DNA of 64,000 nt from assembly GCF_902713615.1 (NCBI RefSeq), contig NC_052157.1:58416325-58480324 (forward strand), written 5' to 3'. The notes beneath the pieces were generated by a model. That model worked only from the letters and a program-made list of their open reading frames with translations. It was not told the DNA's origin and searched no databases. The number at the start of each line of letters is the position of its first letter. The stretch's first letter is position 1. Shown in pieces: positions 63,050 through 64,000 of the stretch. The position numbers and the translations under genes were made by a program. Origin of the DNA: Scyliorhinus canicula (lineage: Eukaryota).

Positions 63050-63400
63050 TGATTTCTCAATAAAATGAGATTCTCTGAGCTCCTCCAGATCTGAGGTTCA
63101 GGGAGGGAATTCCAGAGCTTAGGGTCCAGGCAGCTGAAGGCACAGCTGCCAGTGGTGGAGCGATGGAATTGAGGAAGGTGATCGAAAGGCTGGAGCGTAG
63201 AGATCAGGGATGTTCAAAGGGACTGGACAAGGACACAGAGAAAGAGAAATGGCTGGTGGAGTTCAGAAAAAGAGTTCTAGGAACTGCAGGAGGTTACAGA
63301 TTTTAGGGATGGTTCGGGGTGGCAGCATTCCGGGCTGGAGCAGGTTACAGGGATAAGGGGCAGGATTTAATGGGCATGTGGCGCTTAAGCGAGAGCATGG
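63050..63400 (-). mobile_element. L2-type LINE 3' fragment
   Basis: gggagggaattccagagcttaggg..cagctgaaggcac.. resembles L2 3' ends. Degenerate. Confidence 0.45.
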
Positions 63401-64000
63401 CGAGGCCTTTAGATCGCAGGGAAGGCCAAAATCGAGAACCACGCCAACTGATCGATTTGCGATCTAACCGGCCTACCCCTGTTGGTGAAATCAGGATCCT
63501 GCCGTAGCGTGGCAAGAAACGAATAATCATCACTTAAGGCCAATCTGGACAGAAATAACAGGAGAGAAACTCGAGGTGGTGGCCCATGTGCAGCACCCCG
63601 CTCCATTTCCTGAGGTCCAGGCCGTCCATCAGACCAGGGAGGAACCCAGAGAGGGAGGCTGATGGTGCAACAACAGTTAGAATAGACAGAGAGAGTGCAG
63701 TCCCCACACTTCCTGCCCAGTTTCGCCATCAGAGTGACCACAATAGGCAAGTTAAACAACTGAAAGTTAAACAGATAGCTCAGCGAGCAGTGTAGAAAGG
63801 TGAGACATTTACTCAGTTATCCTGTGTGCCTTGTAGACTCTGTGTTTGGTGGATGACTGGCTTCACTCCCCAGGGTCCTGAGGACATTGAGCCAATGTGG
63901 AATAAACTTGTCCACTCCTGTGTCCAGAATTCTCTTCCATCTACTGTGAAACCTTGGGGAGCTCCTTTTGTGGCCTGTCGATGGTCCACCCGCTCTGCCA

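Overview
Vertebrate, repeat-dense DNA. It is inferred to be cartilaginous fish (catshark-like) from the HE1/V-SINE-type SINEs, CR1, L1, Rex1, Harbinger and Gypsy content and a 33-bp minisatellite. The only host-gene material I can support is the 5' part of a Siglec-like (sialic-acid-binding Ig-type lectin) receptor cluster, which the ORF track mostly misses because the exons are short. On the minus strand: two homologous promoter/non-coding first-exon modules (about 50.5 kb and 31.6 kb), one signal-peptide exon (18490-18571, MIGKSYFFLTLLQ), one intact V-set exon (11783-12148) and a second V-set exon (756-1533) split by a hAT MITE with an 8-bp TSD. On the plus strand, head-to-head: a third promoter/first exon (52.1-52.2 kb) and a paralogous signal-peptide exon (52790-52871). 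No C2-set, transmembrane or tail exons were found in the window. Almost everything else is nested transposable elements. The most notable is a full-length but degenerate Gypsy element (55868-61016). It has no tRNA-type PBS but a 16-nt segment complementary to its own LTR (self-priming-like, covering the AATAAA), a 42-bp-period array of YY1-consensus motifs in the gag-pol linker, and a 15-bp repeat expansion at the integrase C-terminus. Repeat boundaries without a stated TSD are approximate, and all alignments were done by eye.
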